Under the pieces are notes generated by a model that was given only the letters and a program-made list of their open reading frames with translations, had not been told where the DNA came from and did no database searches. Below, piece by piece: positions 10,686 to 23,819 of a DNA stretch of 64,000 bases; the stretch's first letter is position 1, and every line of letters starts with the position of its first letter. Source of the stretch: Chrysomallon squamiferum (Eukaryota; Animalia; Mollusca); contig CM022666.1 in the NCBI GenBank assembly GCA_012295275.1, positions 7,750,001 through 7,814,000 on the forward strand, given 5' to 3'. The translations under genes were made by a program, and so were the position numbers.

Positions 10686-11921
10686 GTGAGTGACGCGTAC
10701 TAATAAATAACTTTGTTTTACTTTTTGTGCAATATCTCTTGTTTCTGTTACTTAGTAACTATTTAAGCAGACTTTTACACCAGTAGAATACGAAAGTTAT
10801 TCAATAGGGCTATTCGTAACAGAGTATACATATTAACTCAGTTATATTTTTATACTTTTCTTTTTCTTTCTTTCTTTTTTTAATTTTCTTTTGTCTAAAA
10901 CTGATTTTAAAAATCAAATTATTACTCTTGAAGATTTAAAATTATAATTAAACCGGCAAAACGCATTTTCTTTTCTTTTATCGATTATTTTGTATGAATA
11001 CAAATCGGAGTTTGAAGGAAATGTAAATTTGATTTAACTGTTGTTTTTACAAATTGTGTAATTAGTATTATTAAAAATAACATTAAATGTATAATAATAA
11101 TAATAATAATAACAACAACAACAACACTTTACCGATATTGTAACTATTTCGAGTAAAACGAACTTAGTTTAATTTACTTCACAAATTATAATGTCCAAAA
11201 AAATAATAATCATAATCATAATAAAATAAATAATGCATTAAAAAAAATAAGAAAAATCAAACTTGTGCTTAGTGACGCAAAATTTTCATATTTTTGATAA
11301 ATAGTTTTAAATGATTTTAGTAATGTTTTTAGTATATTGTTTTAAAGTTGACACAAACTCGCGTATTATTTTTATCTTTTATAATTCTCTTTTTTTCGAA
11401 TAATTATTTTTGTTCAAGTATATCTTAAATAAGGAACCTTCAAAAAATAAATGAATTAATTAAAAATTTCCATTATCTAGGCCTGTATATGTAATTTATG
11501 AAATATGTCTGGCCTGATTGTAAATCATAAATTATTGTATGCATAGATACTGGTGCTTGGCCTAAAAGTGAATTACAAATAGTGAATATTTTGTTACTCT
11601 CTCTCTCTATGGCAATGGGGATGGTAGTCACTTTATCCACATATCTAAATTCACCTTTTTTTGTCACATCATACAACAGTAATTTTAGATTTTGTTTGAT
11701 CAAGTACATGTGAAATCATCAAAAACTGACCTCACTGATGGGTTTTATTTTACAGTTTCTGAATGCATTAGTTAAAAAATATAAATAGCAAGTATTTCTG
11801 ATTATAATGACTTATTATTTTTGTTGTTGTTGTTATTATTAATAAATTAAATTTTTACAGAAATACTGTTTTATTTAATTTAATTTTATTTAAGTTCATA
11901 TGTATATGTATATATATATAT

Positions 11922-11989
<68 letters not shown>

Positions 11990-13899
11990 AAATCTGTCAT
12001 ACCACCTATGAAAATAGATGGAACTGACATTATTCAGCTTAAGTACTGTTGTAACCTATCCTATAAAATCCTGCCCTGTTTTAAGCTGACAGTCAACACC
12101 TATGAAAGTTCACAAGTGATTCATATAAAACTGGATTCACTTGCCAAAGCAGATATACACTTCATATAGAAGTTTTCAATTATTTCTCTTCTGAGCCGCC
12201 TTCTTTTTTTTTTCTCTCTCTCTCTTTTTTTTTTTTAATTGTAATAAATGGAAAGAAATCTTTTTATACTTTTCTGTTTAATTCTTGTATATGTTGATTT
12301 TTTTGTTGTATTTTTAAAATTGATTTATTGATTTATTTGTTTGTTATGATCTCAAGTTATTAATTTAAAATACCTCTCTTAATTTAGTTATTCATAGAAC
12401 ATAACCATTTTTTTTTTTTTTTTTTTTTTGCTACAGATCTGTAAAAAATGAAAAATAAAAATTAGTATTAAATTACTTTTTGTTATTAGATTCTGCAGCA
12501 AATGTATCTGAGGTATTAATACAAACAAAACTATTTTATTAATTTGAAAAATGAAGAAAATTAATGTCAAAATCTATTAATCAAAAATTAATTTATCATG
12601 TTGGTTTAGTATTAGATTAGGTTTTTATGTCGAATTTAAATGTGTGGGTTTTTTTCCCCATAATAAAGTAGCCCATCACAAACATACTTGGACATTATTA
12701 ATACTATATTCTCTACTGCTATCACAGTATGGTATATTTGGCACAGTTCCATCATTTCTTTTTTCAACTTAATTTATTGTTTTTAAGAAAACAAATCATT
12801 TTTTTTTTTTTTTTTTTTTTTACAATTTTCTTTTTATATATACAGGTAATTTTAATACATTTATCTTTTAATATATACAGGTAATTTTAATTTTAAAAAT
12901 ATATATTTTTTTAATAATATCTAACGAAAGATGTTGACCTTGATTCTTTTTTTATTATCCTGTTTATAATTACATGTATGTTTAATAATAATAATAATAT
13001 TCCTTGTTTAGAATAATATTATATATTTTATATAGTAATATGTCAAGAATAATACCATACATGTTTAATAATAATAATAATAATACATGTTAAGAATGTT
13101 ATACATGTTTGATAACATTAATATTATCTGTGTGAACAAAAATAATACCTTTTTCTGACATACTTTTGTTTCATAAAAGATGTGTTGAAATATGTAAGTA
13201 ACCATGACAACAGAGATTTAAAGAAAATCTGCTAATCTCTTGCCTTCCTGGAATACATTTTACATAAGTCTTTTGGAACGTGTGTGAGAGACAGAAAGAG
13301 AAAAAAATATGCTGCATTCCATTTAAAATTGAAAACAAATGCCAGAGACTGGTACAATTTTTAAAGAAAGAAAAAAAAAAAAATTAGAAAAGAAAAAGAG
13401 GGAGAAGAAAAAGACATCAGTTTTCAAATAAGCAGTATAAAAAAATAAAGATGAAAGTTTTCAATCTTTCAAATAAAGAAAGAAAAGTACTTTGACAAAT
13501 TAAGTAAAAAAAAAAATAGAAAGGAAAATTTAAAAAAAGAAAAGAAAAGAAAAGAAAAAGCCTTTTATAAGAATTAGTGAAAAAAACAAAACAACCCAAT
13601 GAAGTGTTCAACTAGGTTTTGACAAATCAAGATTAAAAATAGAAAAAGAAAAAAAATGTGAAAAAAGAACACTCCATAATCCAACTGTTACAAAAAATAA
13701 TTTTAAAAGTTTTCAACTAGTAATAAATAAAACAGAAAAGAAAAGGAATAACAACAACTATGTAAAAAAAATAATAATAATAAAAAATTAAACAAATAAA
13801 TAAAAATAATTTTAAAAGTCATTAACCAGAATTAGGTGTTTAGTCAGCAAAATCCTTGTTATTAGACAAAACTTTATTATTACCACTGCCAGTCTTAAT

Positions 13900-14197
13900 G
13901 AGAAATTTGAGGTGTGATAGTCTCTAAGATCAATTCTCTTAAATACCTCTACTATTCTGTTCTCCATCCAAACCATTTTTTGCAGCTGGTTTATCAAAGG
14001 TGGTGGTTTATGCTGTCCTGTCTATGGGATGGTGCATTTAAACATTCACTTGTTGCTAATATTCTGACAAAAATGGCTTTTCTCTCGTTATCATTGCCTG
14101 AATCATATGAAAACTTGTTTAACTGTAATAAAACTTGTTTAACTGTATTAAAAACAGTTGACTGTCTTGTTAAATTAAACTTTTCTTCCTTCCTTTG
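13900..14197 (+). mobile_element. Degenerate SINE (Meta/MESC-like core)
   Basis: Core CTGGTTTATCAAAGGTGGTGGTTTATGCTGTCCTGTCTATGGGATGGTGCATTTAAACATTCACTTGTTGCTAAT (13986-14060) and tail GTTAAATTAAACTTTTCTTCCTTCC. Family name is from memory. Confidence 0.6.
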
Positions 14198-14727
14198 ATT
14201 AATATTGTGGCTAGATCATTGATCTTTAGACACAGAGGTTCTGGGATCAAGTCTTGATGCTGTCTCTGATTTAAGATTGAACTAAATTCAGATATACCTT
14301 CTCTTTGTTGTAACTTTCCAACACACTAACATGATACTGTTTTGGTTATCTTTGTTGATTTGTACATTTGTATCTTCACTAATATTCACGTCTTGTTCTA
14401 TCTTTTGCACACATAATTGAATGGCCATAACAAGCCTGCTTTAATCTTCAGTGTAAATAAGCATGTTTCAGTGGCTGATTGATTGGTGTTTTGTTTTACG
14501 TGGTAGCAAGAAAATGTAGACAGGCATGAAATTGTACTGGGTTGTGTTTCTGAGTATAAACATCAGTTTGTTAATTGTTGTATTCTGATCTTAGTTCTAA
14601 GGTTTTAAAAAAACAAAAAAATACAGAAGTAAAATATAAGAAACAAACAAAAGAAAAACACTTTTGAAAAAAAAAAAAAAAAAGTTTTCCAGTTTTTAGT
14701 TTATTTTATTTAATTTATATATTCATG

Positions 14728-14783
<56 letters not shown>

Positions 14784-14832
14784 GTTATTGAACATCTGAT
14801 GCCTACTTTTGGTAAATGAAAAAAAAAAAAAT

Positions 14833-14867
<35 letters not shown>

Positions 14868-15472
14868 TTTTAGTATTTATTTATACAAATCATTTCTAAA
14901 AAAATTCCTTATACTTTTTCACTTTTGTATTGTTCAGACCCACCATCCAGAAAATAAATATGTAATTCCTGGAGGACATTATATACACATTCAGTCTACA
15001 TATATTCATATACTGTGGGGGATTGATTATTTGATCATATAAAGAAAGAAGATTCTTTTCAAACAGTTAAAAATAAATTCATAAACAAATTTGATAAAAT
15101 TGAGAACAACTAGAAAAGAAAAACAAGCTTGAAGCTGCAGATAATTTTTTTATTTTTATATAGTTGATTAGATAACTCACAGGTGTTCTATATTTTCATA
15201 TGTAATATGTAAATATCTTATATGTGATATATATGTTGTATGTAAAATACCCTACTGTGAATTAAAAACGGTAGATGTTATTATTTTTATATTATCTTTC
15301 CATTTACATCCCTAAGTTTGTCTCTCTTTTCTTATTTTTTCTTTCTCTCTTTTTCACTCTCTTTCTCTTTTTATTTTTTAGTTATTAATATGTAATCAAA
15401 AACACACATGATCTCTTTTTTCTTAAACTCACACTTTCTTTAGCTTTTTAAAAAAATTAGCTTTTATTCTTA

Positions 15473-15529
<57 letters not shown>

Positions 15530-15782
15530 ATCTGACTCTTTTTCTCTCACACACACAATATAAACTATTTCTTTACAGAACAAACAACAAACTGATAGTT
15601 TTATCTTCCATTTTTTAATTTAATGTATTTTCTTCTTTTCTTTTTTTTTTTTTTTTTTCTGTTATTTTAATTTTATTTTACATACACAATTCACACTTGT
15701 CTTTTTTTTTTTTTTTTTGGTTGGGATTTAAATTATTTTTTAGTTCTTTTTATCACCCATCAATTTTTAATTTTTCTTTCAG

Positions 15783-15959
15783 ATTCTAATATATCAATAT
15801 GTTTCGATGGGACGAAAGATAAATCACGTAAGACATGCTGTACCAGAAATACGGAGCTGAAGTACATGGAGTCTGCGGAGAAGTATCTCAGAGACAGTGT
15901 GCGCTCCAGCAATGCAGGGTTAAAAAAGTCTATCATGGACAGTCTGGCAGAGTACCAAG
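15783..15959 (+). CDS. Glypican exon 2 (DSNISICFDGTKDKSRKTCCTRNTELKYMESAEKYLRDSVRSSNAGLKKSIMDSLAEYQ)
   Basis: TTTTTCTTTCAG acceptor, AG|GTAAGA donor; 177 nt, phase 1-1. Carries the glypican IC...TCCT..E motif. Missed by the ORF track. Confidence 0.92.
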
Positions 15960-16269
15960 GTAAGACTTAGACACAAACTCTTTGTTTACTTAACACGTTG
16001 TACTACATTGTAGAACACTGTCCCACAAAACCAAATATCTCAGGTGACCTAGAGATTTCCACAGGTACAGACCTACTTTGTCAAATACGACATTGTGGGG
16101 TGTGTTGTTAACCTCAGTAGGGCCTTTACTTGAAAATAGCATTACTGCAGGCTACTGTTATGATATTGTTAACCTTAGTTGGGCCTACTTTTCAAAATAT
16201 GCTACTGTTGGCTAAAATTATGTCATTGTGGAATGTGTTCCTAACCTGAGCAAGACCTGAAATATATAT

Positions 16270-16367
<98 letters not shown>

Positions 16368-18769
16368 GTTTTCACTCACTGTCTGTTCTATGCATTATTT
16401 AAATTTTTTAAATGAAGATCAACATATATGTATACTAATCTGATGCAGGCTTCTGCAAGTTTTGAACTCTGTGCCTCTGGTTTATGGATTACTGTGAGGA
16501 TTTAGGTTTTTGAAAAATTAAGATCTATATCACTGTGTTAAACTAAATCTGATTTCTGTCATTACTGGCCAGTTGATGTTAATCTACCATTATCAATCAA
16601 GTACTTAAGAATAATTATTTGAAATCCAATAACTAAATCATTTTTAACTACTTGTTTTATAAAATCAATACTTAATAATTATTATTATTATTTAGTTTTA
16701 ATTTGTTACCATTTTTATGAATTATTACACACACACACACATATATTTTTTTGGAGCAGTTTATGTATGTTGTAAAGAATATTATTTATGGTGGGTTTTA
16801 ATATACTGTTTATCATAATTTATTTCTTTTTTGTTTTAGTAATTTTATGATATTTGTTTTTTAGCAGAATTATTGTCTTTTCTATTAAAAAGACTGCATT
16901 TCATTTCTTTCTTTATTTATTTCTTTATTTTAATCTTTTTTACTGTTTTTTTTTCTTTTGCTCATTTTTTTCTTTCATTTTCATTTTTTTCTGTCTTCTT
17001 CTCTTTCCACTTTCTTTATTTCATTTGCTCTTCTTTCCATTTTTTTCATTTATCTTTCTCTTTTTCTTTCATTTATCCATTACTTTTGCCTGCATTTTGC
17101 TTGTATCTCAAAGATATATTTATTTTTTTTATAATTCTTTACCTGATATAACAGTTGGCCATTTATATCAGATTATGTAAAACAGATTGAAATACAATCC
17201 AACAGAACTGTCAGAAAAAAAAACAACGAAACCTAAAAAGCTTCTCTGTTTTTCTGTTTGTTTCACATAGCTAATGCATTTTAAGCTCAATAATACCTGT
17301 CAGTACTGAAAAATGTTAAACGTACAGGAAAACATTATTAAGTAATCGGGTGAATAAATTCTCGTATTACACGATCGCGAACAAAACAAAAAAGCATTAA
17401 CCAACCAGTGCAATATTCTCCGATATTGCACTCCCAAGAAACAATACAAGACTATTAAGTGTCTGAAGACAGTTTTGGCTAAATGGATGTGGCATTCACA
17501 AAGACAATACACAGCTATTAATTCCTTAAAACAATTCAGTTACACATCACCTCCACTCAAAAAGATTACACAACAGTATTCCTGTAGAATTCACTAAAGA
17601 TGTTTCCACAATATGGCTACTGCATTCCCAAGTACAGTGCTTTTGTAAGGGCACTGTGTCTCTGTGGACATTGCACCAGCAGAGTGGACTGATGATCTAA
17701 AGGGAAGGTGCCTGCTAATGGGTAATTAATTAACTCCCACAGGTACTTTGCTCTGACAGGTAAACAGCTAAGGTACGGTTAATTAATTAAAGCTGATTAA
17801 CTCTGAGATATGTGGTGACATCCATGGCTGTGTGATTCCAGCCTCTTGTTAGTTAAGTGTGTGTGTGTGAATGTGTGGAAAATGACATGGATTGAAAGAG
17901 AGAAAAAATAATAAGTGAGTGAAAGATAATAAGAGGGAGGTTGAGAGAGTAAGAAAAGGAGAGAGAGAAGAGAATTGAATAATAGAGGAATGGAGATAAT
18001 TGAGGAAACAGACAAGGAAGAGACAGGACTGACAGAAAGAGAAACTTACTTCCATCAATACATTTATTATAAAAGTATTTATGATCACTGTTGTTTATTA
18101 AGACCAATGTAAAAACAGTTATTCCCATACATCTGTGTACTCACTTGCTCCCAGACATCTAAGTACTAAAGACATCTCTCTACATACTTACATATTGATT
18201 CATAATGTAGGCGTATATATTTTCATAACAGCTATTCACTGTCTTGTCATTATCAATGAAAACCATTGTAATTTGAATTGCATACTTGGATGAAGAAAGC
18301 ACGCAGATGAACTAATTAGGTGAACCTAATCAACCCAGTAAGCTGTCTTTAATTTTTTTTTTTTTTTTTTTTTTTTTTTAGTTGTTGCATATATTCGTTA
18401 TTTCATGGGATGGGGATTTCAGATAGGTTTGATCATCCAGCTGAATGGTCAGTGAAGTAGATTTACTTTCACCGTGTTTAGACTGTTACAGCAGGTCAGC
18501 TTGAGTTGAGTCTTATCATGCATTGTGGTGGAAATATGCAAGCATTAGACTGACTGCACAGTGGAGCTTTTAATTATTTATTGTTTTGGCTCAGATAACA
18601 TGCTGGTGCATGTGTGTATATGTGTCTGGTATGAGATTATTATGTTTATGTGTGTGTGTGTGTATGTGCATATTTAATTTTAAAAAAAAATTTCCCTTTT
18701 TCTTTCACTGTTTCTATACTTATTGCATCATTTCTTAAAACAGAACAGTTCTTTTTTAAATAGGAATTG

Positions 18770-19730
18770 TATTTGTTTTACATAACCCATGTTATTTAAA
18801 TATAGAAAAATGTTATTTAAATACAGAACAGAGTTATTTAAATAAAGAACTGTGTATTTTACATAGCCCATGCTATTTAAATACAGAAAAATGTTATTTA
18901 AATATAGTATGATGTTGTTTAAATAAAGAGTAGTATATATTTTTTACATAGCCCATGTTATTTAAATACAGAAAAATGTTATTTAAATATAGTATGATGT
19001 TGTTTAAATAAAGAGTAGTATATATTTTTACATAGCCCATGTTATTTAAATACAGAAAAATGTTATTTAAATACAGTATGGAGTTATTTAAATAAAGAGT
19101 AGTATATATTTTACATAGCCCATGTTATTTAAATACAGAAAAATGTTATTTAAATATAGTATGATGTTGTTTAAATAAAGAGTAGTATATATTTTTTACA
19201 TAGCCCATGTTATTTAAATACAGAAAAATGTTATTTAAATACAGTATGGAGTTATTTAAATAAAGAGTAGTATATATTTTACATAGCCCATGTTATTTAA
19301 ATACAGAAAAATGTTATTTAAATATAGTATGATGTTGTTTAAATAAAGAGCAGTATATATTTTTACATAGCCCATGTTATTTAAATACAGAAAAATGTTA
19401 TTTAAATACAGTATGGAGTTATTTAAATAAAGAGTAGTATATATTTTACATAGCCCATGTTATTTAAATACAGAAAAATGTTATTTAAATATAGTATGAT
19501 GTTGTTTAAATAAAGAGTAGTATATATTTTTACATAGCCCATGTTATTTAAATACAGAAAAATGTTATTTAAATATAGTACAGAGTTATTTAAATAAAGA
19601 ATAGTATATATTTTTACATAGCCCATGTTATTTAAATATAGAAAAATGTTATTTAAATACAGAACAGAGTTATTTAAATATAGTATGATGTTGTTTAAAT
19701 ACAGTATGGAGTTATTTAAATAAAGAACTG
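18770..19730. repeat. Hierarchical minisatellite, ~80-bp unit (~11-12 copies) made of ~20-bp TTATTTAAATA subunits
   Basis: Unit TTTTACATAGCCCATGTTATTTAAATACAGAAAAATGTTATTTAAATA(T/C)AGTATG..GTT.TTTAAATAAAGAGTAGTATATA. Confidence 0.95.
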
Positions 19731-20136
19731 TACACTTCGCACTCATGGTGTTACATAAACACGGAACAGTGAGAACTGGGTGTGTGACAATTTTATGATC
19801 TCGTCCTCCGATCTGTCTCCCTGTGGTGGCTCATTTCATCAGTTCTAAAAATCTACAGGTATGACTTTGCCGTAACCTGATCATTCAGTGGGCAGGTAAC
19901 AGAAGACGTCATTCACAGGTGTGTGCTTTATTTCAGCAGCAACGGCGGTGTAATGCCGATGTTTGAAGCCAACAACCTGGTAATTCTTCTTTTTTTTTTT
20001 TTTTTTTTTCCCATTCTGAACGAGATATATCAACAAGTTTCATCTTAATAGGCTGTTTTAGTGAAGCACTTTGACATTCCAGGTGCAAATAGCCCCAGGT
20101 TAAACGAGCTTGCCTTTTTACCTGGGCAGGAGAAAC

Positions 20137-20152
20137 CAGCCAGGGGGCGCTG
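20137..20152 (+). promoter_or_regulatory. CTCF-like motif
   Basis: CAGCCAGGGGGCGCTG, a near-consensus CTCF core in otherwise very AT-rich DNA. Confidence 0.55.
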
Positions 20153-20850
20153 TTGTGTGTGTTGTTTGAGCACAACTTCATTGATAATCATTTTCGGCTT
20201 TTGTTAGCAGTTGCTGAGGAATGCAAGCTATCCTTGTTTGATTCTTGTACGGCCCACACACACAAAAACTTTGGGCCTTTGTCGCTTGAAACCGCTTGAT
20301 TGAGGAGTGGGTATCGTTAAATTGCAGCCAAATGGTTTTTGATTGAGGATAGATTAGATCGAGGATATCCAAAGATTGTGTGAGATAATTTGTTAATATC
20401 CACCCAGGTGAAAGGCAATTGATTAAGTTCTAAATGCAGAGGTGCTGTTCAAAGAAAGAAAAGAACTGAAGAGAAAATAAGAAATCTTGTAACCAAACCT
20501 GTTTCGTGACACATGACTGGTATGTTTCTGAAAAGGAATTAAAATTACAACAGTTTCTTAATTAAAGAAATACAAGTAGATTAAAGTTACAGTAAACTAA
20601 AGATCAAATTTCAAGAATGGAGAGTGAAGATGAGAGAGAGAGAAGAAGAGAAAAAGAAAAGGACAACATATATACATACATATGTACATTTCTACTTGCA
20701 CACGCACACACACACACACAACACACACGCACTCACACAGACACACATATATATGCATACATATACATACATAGATAGACATACATACATACATACATAT
20801 GTATATACACATATACATACACACATACACACATTCAAAAACACGTACAT

Positions 20851-20882
<32 letters not shown>

Positions 20883-21327
20883 CACTGTCAAACACCCACA
20901 TATATTGACATATCAAACAAAACCCATTCATTCATTCTGTCCCTCAGTCTCGTTCGATCTTTGATGTGCCGGTGAACACACAAAGTGCTCTGCTGGTTTA
21001 ACACACAGAGAGGTCGGTTGATGTGTTTACACAACCGTCATTACTCAACACAAACCAGCCCTGACACACAAAACAACACTGCCTTTATTGTGCGGAAATC
21101 TTCTTTATTGTGTTATTTAAAAAAAAAAAAAAAAAAAATTAAAATTTTTTTTTTACAAAATATATACACAATTTTTTCTGTCTTTATTTCCACATGGCCA
21201 TTCATTCTGACACCACTGAACCACGACCAACAAGATGTTATCTTATTACCTGTATTATGTTCAACATTTCACCTGTGTATCAAGGTGTTGTTGTTACAGG
21301 TGAAAAATTATTTGTGTTTTTTTTACC

Positions 21328-21401
<74 letters not shown>

Positions 21402-21852
21402 GAGAGTGAGTCTATAACAGAGGTTACTCTCTTTATTTAGCAGAAGATTTCCTTTTTTTTATTTTTTCTACAATATTGGACAACATATACCATTACCTTT
21501 TACAAAGTTACTATAAGTTCTGGCTAGAACTTGAAACAGTTCAGTGAGAACGCTATGGAAGATAGATCCTTTAATTCATCAGCCCTTAACTCAGTATTAA
21601 AGTCACAAATCACAAAAAATGAAGGTTTGATCAATCAGCTCTAAGACTACTAAAGTAAAAAATAGTTGGCATACAAACACTGCTTATAATACAGACTGGG
21701 GAGTAGATCCATCAACCCTCAGATTGCTAAAATAAACAAATATTTGTCATACATTTACTCACAATGTTTTAGTGTCACAAATTTATTTATCATACACAAT
21801 GGAGAATAGATCCGTCAACCCTTAGACTGCTAAGGTAACAAATATTTGCCAT

Positions 21853-21980
21853 GCATGTACCCATTTGTTTTAAAAGTGTTTATATATGTATTCAGACATG
21901 TACCCATTTGTTTTAAAAGTGTATATACATGTATTCAGACATGTACCCAGTTGTTTTAGAAGTGTATATACTTGTATTCA
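21853..21980. repeat. ~42-bp tandem repeat x3
   Basis: CATGTACCCATTTGTTTTAAAAGTGTATATACATGTATTCAGA repeated. Confidence 0.85.
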
Positions 21981-22643
21981 TTTTTACTGTTTGGGTCATA
22001 CAGGCCTGGTTGTATTTCCAGTGCTAAGTATCTGCAGATGTCTGTCTGTGTGTTATTGTTTTATTGTTAAAGTTTACATAATCGCTGTGTTAAATGAAAC
22101 AAACAAAATCTGTATTACCTGCAAAAAAGACAAAAGTTTTAGATTAACTCAAATCGTTTGTTGCCATTTATTTATTGTTTTATTTTTGTGTTTTATTTTG
22201 TTTTGTTTATAATTTGAAATACTTCATCTTCTTATTTAAAAAAAAAGCAAACAAATGAAATAAAAATAAAAATAAAAATACTCTTTAATAAAAAGTCTGT
22301 CAGTCAGCAGCACAACACAATAAGGGTTCAAGCACATATGTCATGAGCACACATCCAGCCTGTGTGTTTTTCCGATTCTGGACTGATAGATTGTAGATGT
22401 TGCTTCAAGTGATGTGTTAACGTTTCTGCTGTGTCTAATATTGCATAACATTATTAATTAGTCATTAGTTTGATTTACGTTGTATAATGTTACTCAATGG
22501 GAGGACTGCCACCGAGATGTTGTAATGTTAATGATGTATAGTTGCAATCAAACTGCATATAAAATTAATAGCTATTCATGGGTTGAAAACGGGAGAAATA
22601 TTTGATAGGGTTTTTATATACACCAGTGCATTACATGCACTTG

Positions 22644-22644
<1 letters not shown>

Positions 22645-22685
<41 letters not shown>

Positions 22686-22744
22686 AACATACATACATAC
22701 ATATATATACACACACAGACATACATACATACACATACACACAC

Positions 22745-22801
<57 letters not shown>

Positions 22802-22993
22802 CATATGCACACTAATCCTTACTGGCTTTCATTCTTTACTGATATTTTATTTCTCCTTGTTTCTGCTTTCTTTCCATCACTTCTGTATTTTTCCCTATTG
22901 TTTTTTTCTCTCTCTCTATCTGTTCCCATGTTTTCACTTCCCTCACTTTTTCTTTCCCTCAGCTCCTTTTTCCATCTTCTCCATCATTCCATT

Positions 22994-23055
<62 letters not shown>

Positions 23056-23183
23056 GTCTCTCTTTCTCTCTTTCTCACTCTCTCTCTCTCTCACACCCAC
23101 TCTCTTTCTCTCTCTCTCTCTCTTTCTCTCTCTCTCAATCTCTCTTTCTCTCTCTCGCTCCCTCTCTCTTTCTCTTTCTCTCA

Positions 23184-23225
<42 letters not shown>

Positions 23226-23271
23226 CTCTCTCAATCTCTCTCTCTCTCTCTCTCTCACTCACCCACTCTCA

Positions 23272-23310
<39 letters not shown>
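22645..23310. repeat. Compound microsatellite (CA)n/(CATA)n-(CT)n-(CA)n
   Basis: Directly visible; source of the spurious HT/SL/RE ORFs. Confidence 0.95.
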
Positions 23311-23312
<2 letters not shown>

Positions 23313-23772
23313 CAACAATGACTGATGATTATCAGGACAAGTTTTGACAAGCCTGCCGTTCTCTTCAGCACACTTCAGTGTGAGTGAGTCACTCTTGCTC
23401 ACTTGCTAATCGGAAAAACACAAGTGAGTCTGGTAGTGGGACAGGACCTTGTCGGAAAAAGACAGTTGTAAACTGTAGTGTGTAGGCTGCAGCTGAGAAT
23501 ATTAAACAGTGTAGGTGCTGGGGCAGCTGTAACTCCAGCCTGATTGAAATGATTGTCAATTAGTTGTAATATTAAATAATACTAGTAACACATCTAATAC
23601 TGATTATATTGTACACCTAGCTGGTATTAAACAGTATTCATACATACATACATACATAGACACACATACACATATATATTTACATAAATCCATCCATCCA
23701 TACATACATTATATTGTATTATTTTTTTACTAATATTTTCTTTGGGTTTTTTCTTTATTAAATTATTCCTTG

Positions 23773-23819
<47 letters not shown>

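Noticed and set aside
19423-19746. ORF with repeated LYLNN resembling leucine-rich repeats
   Set aside because: It is the translation of the TTATTTAAATA minisatellite; it lacks the 20-29 aa LRR spacing and splice signals.
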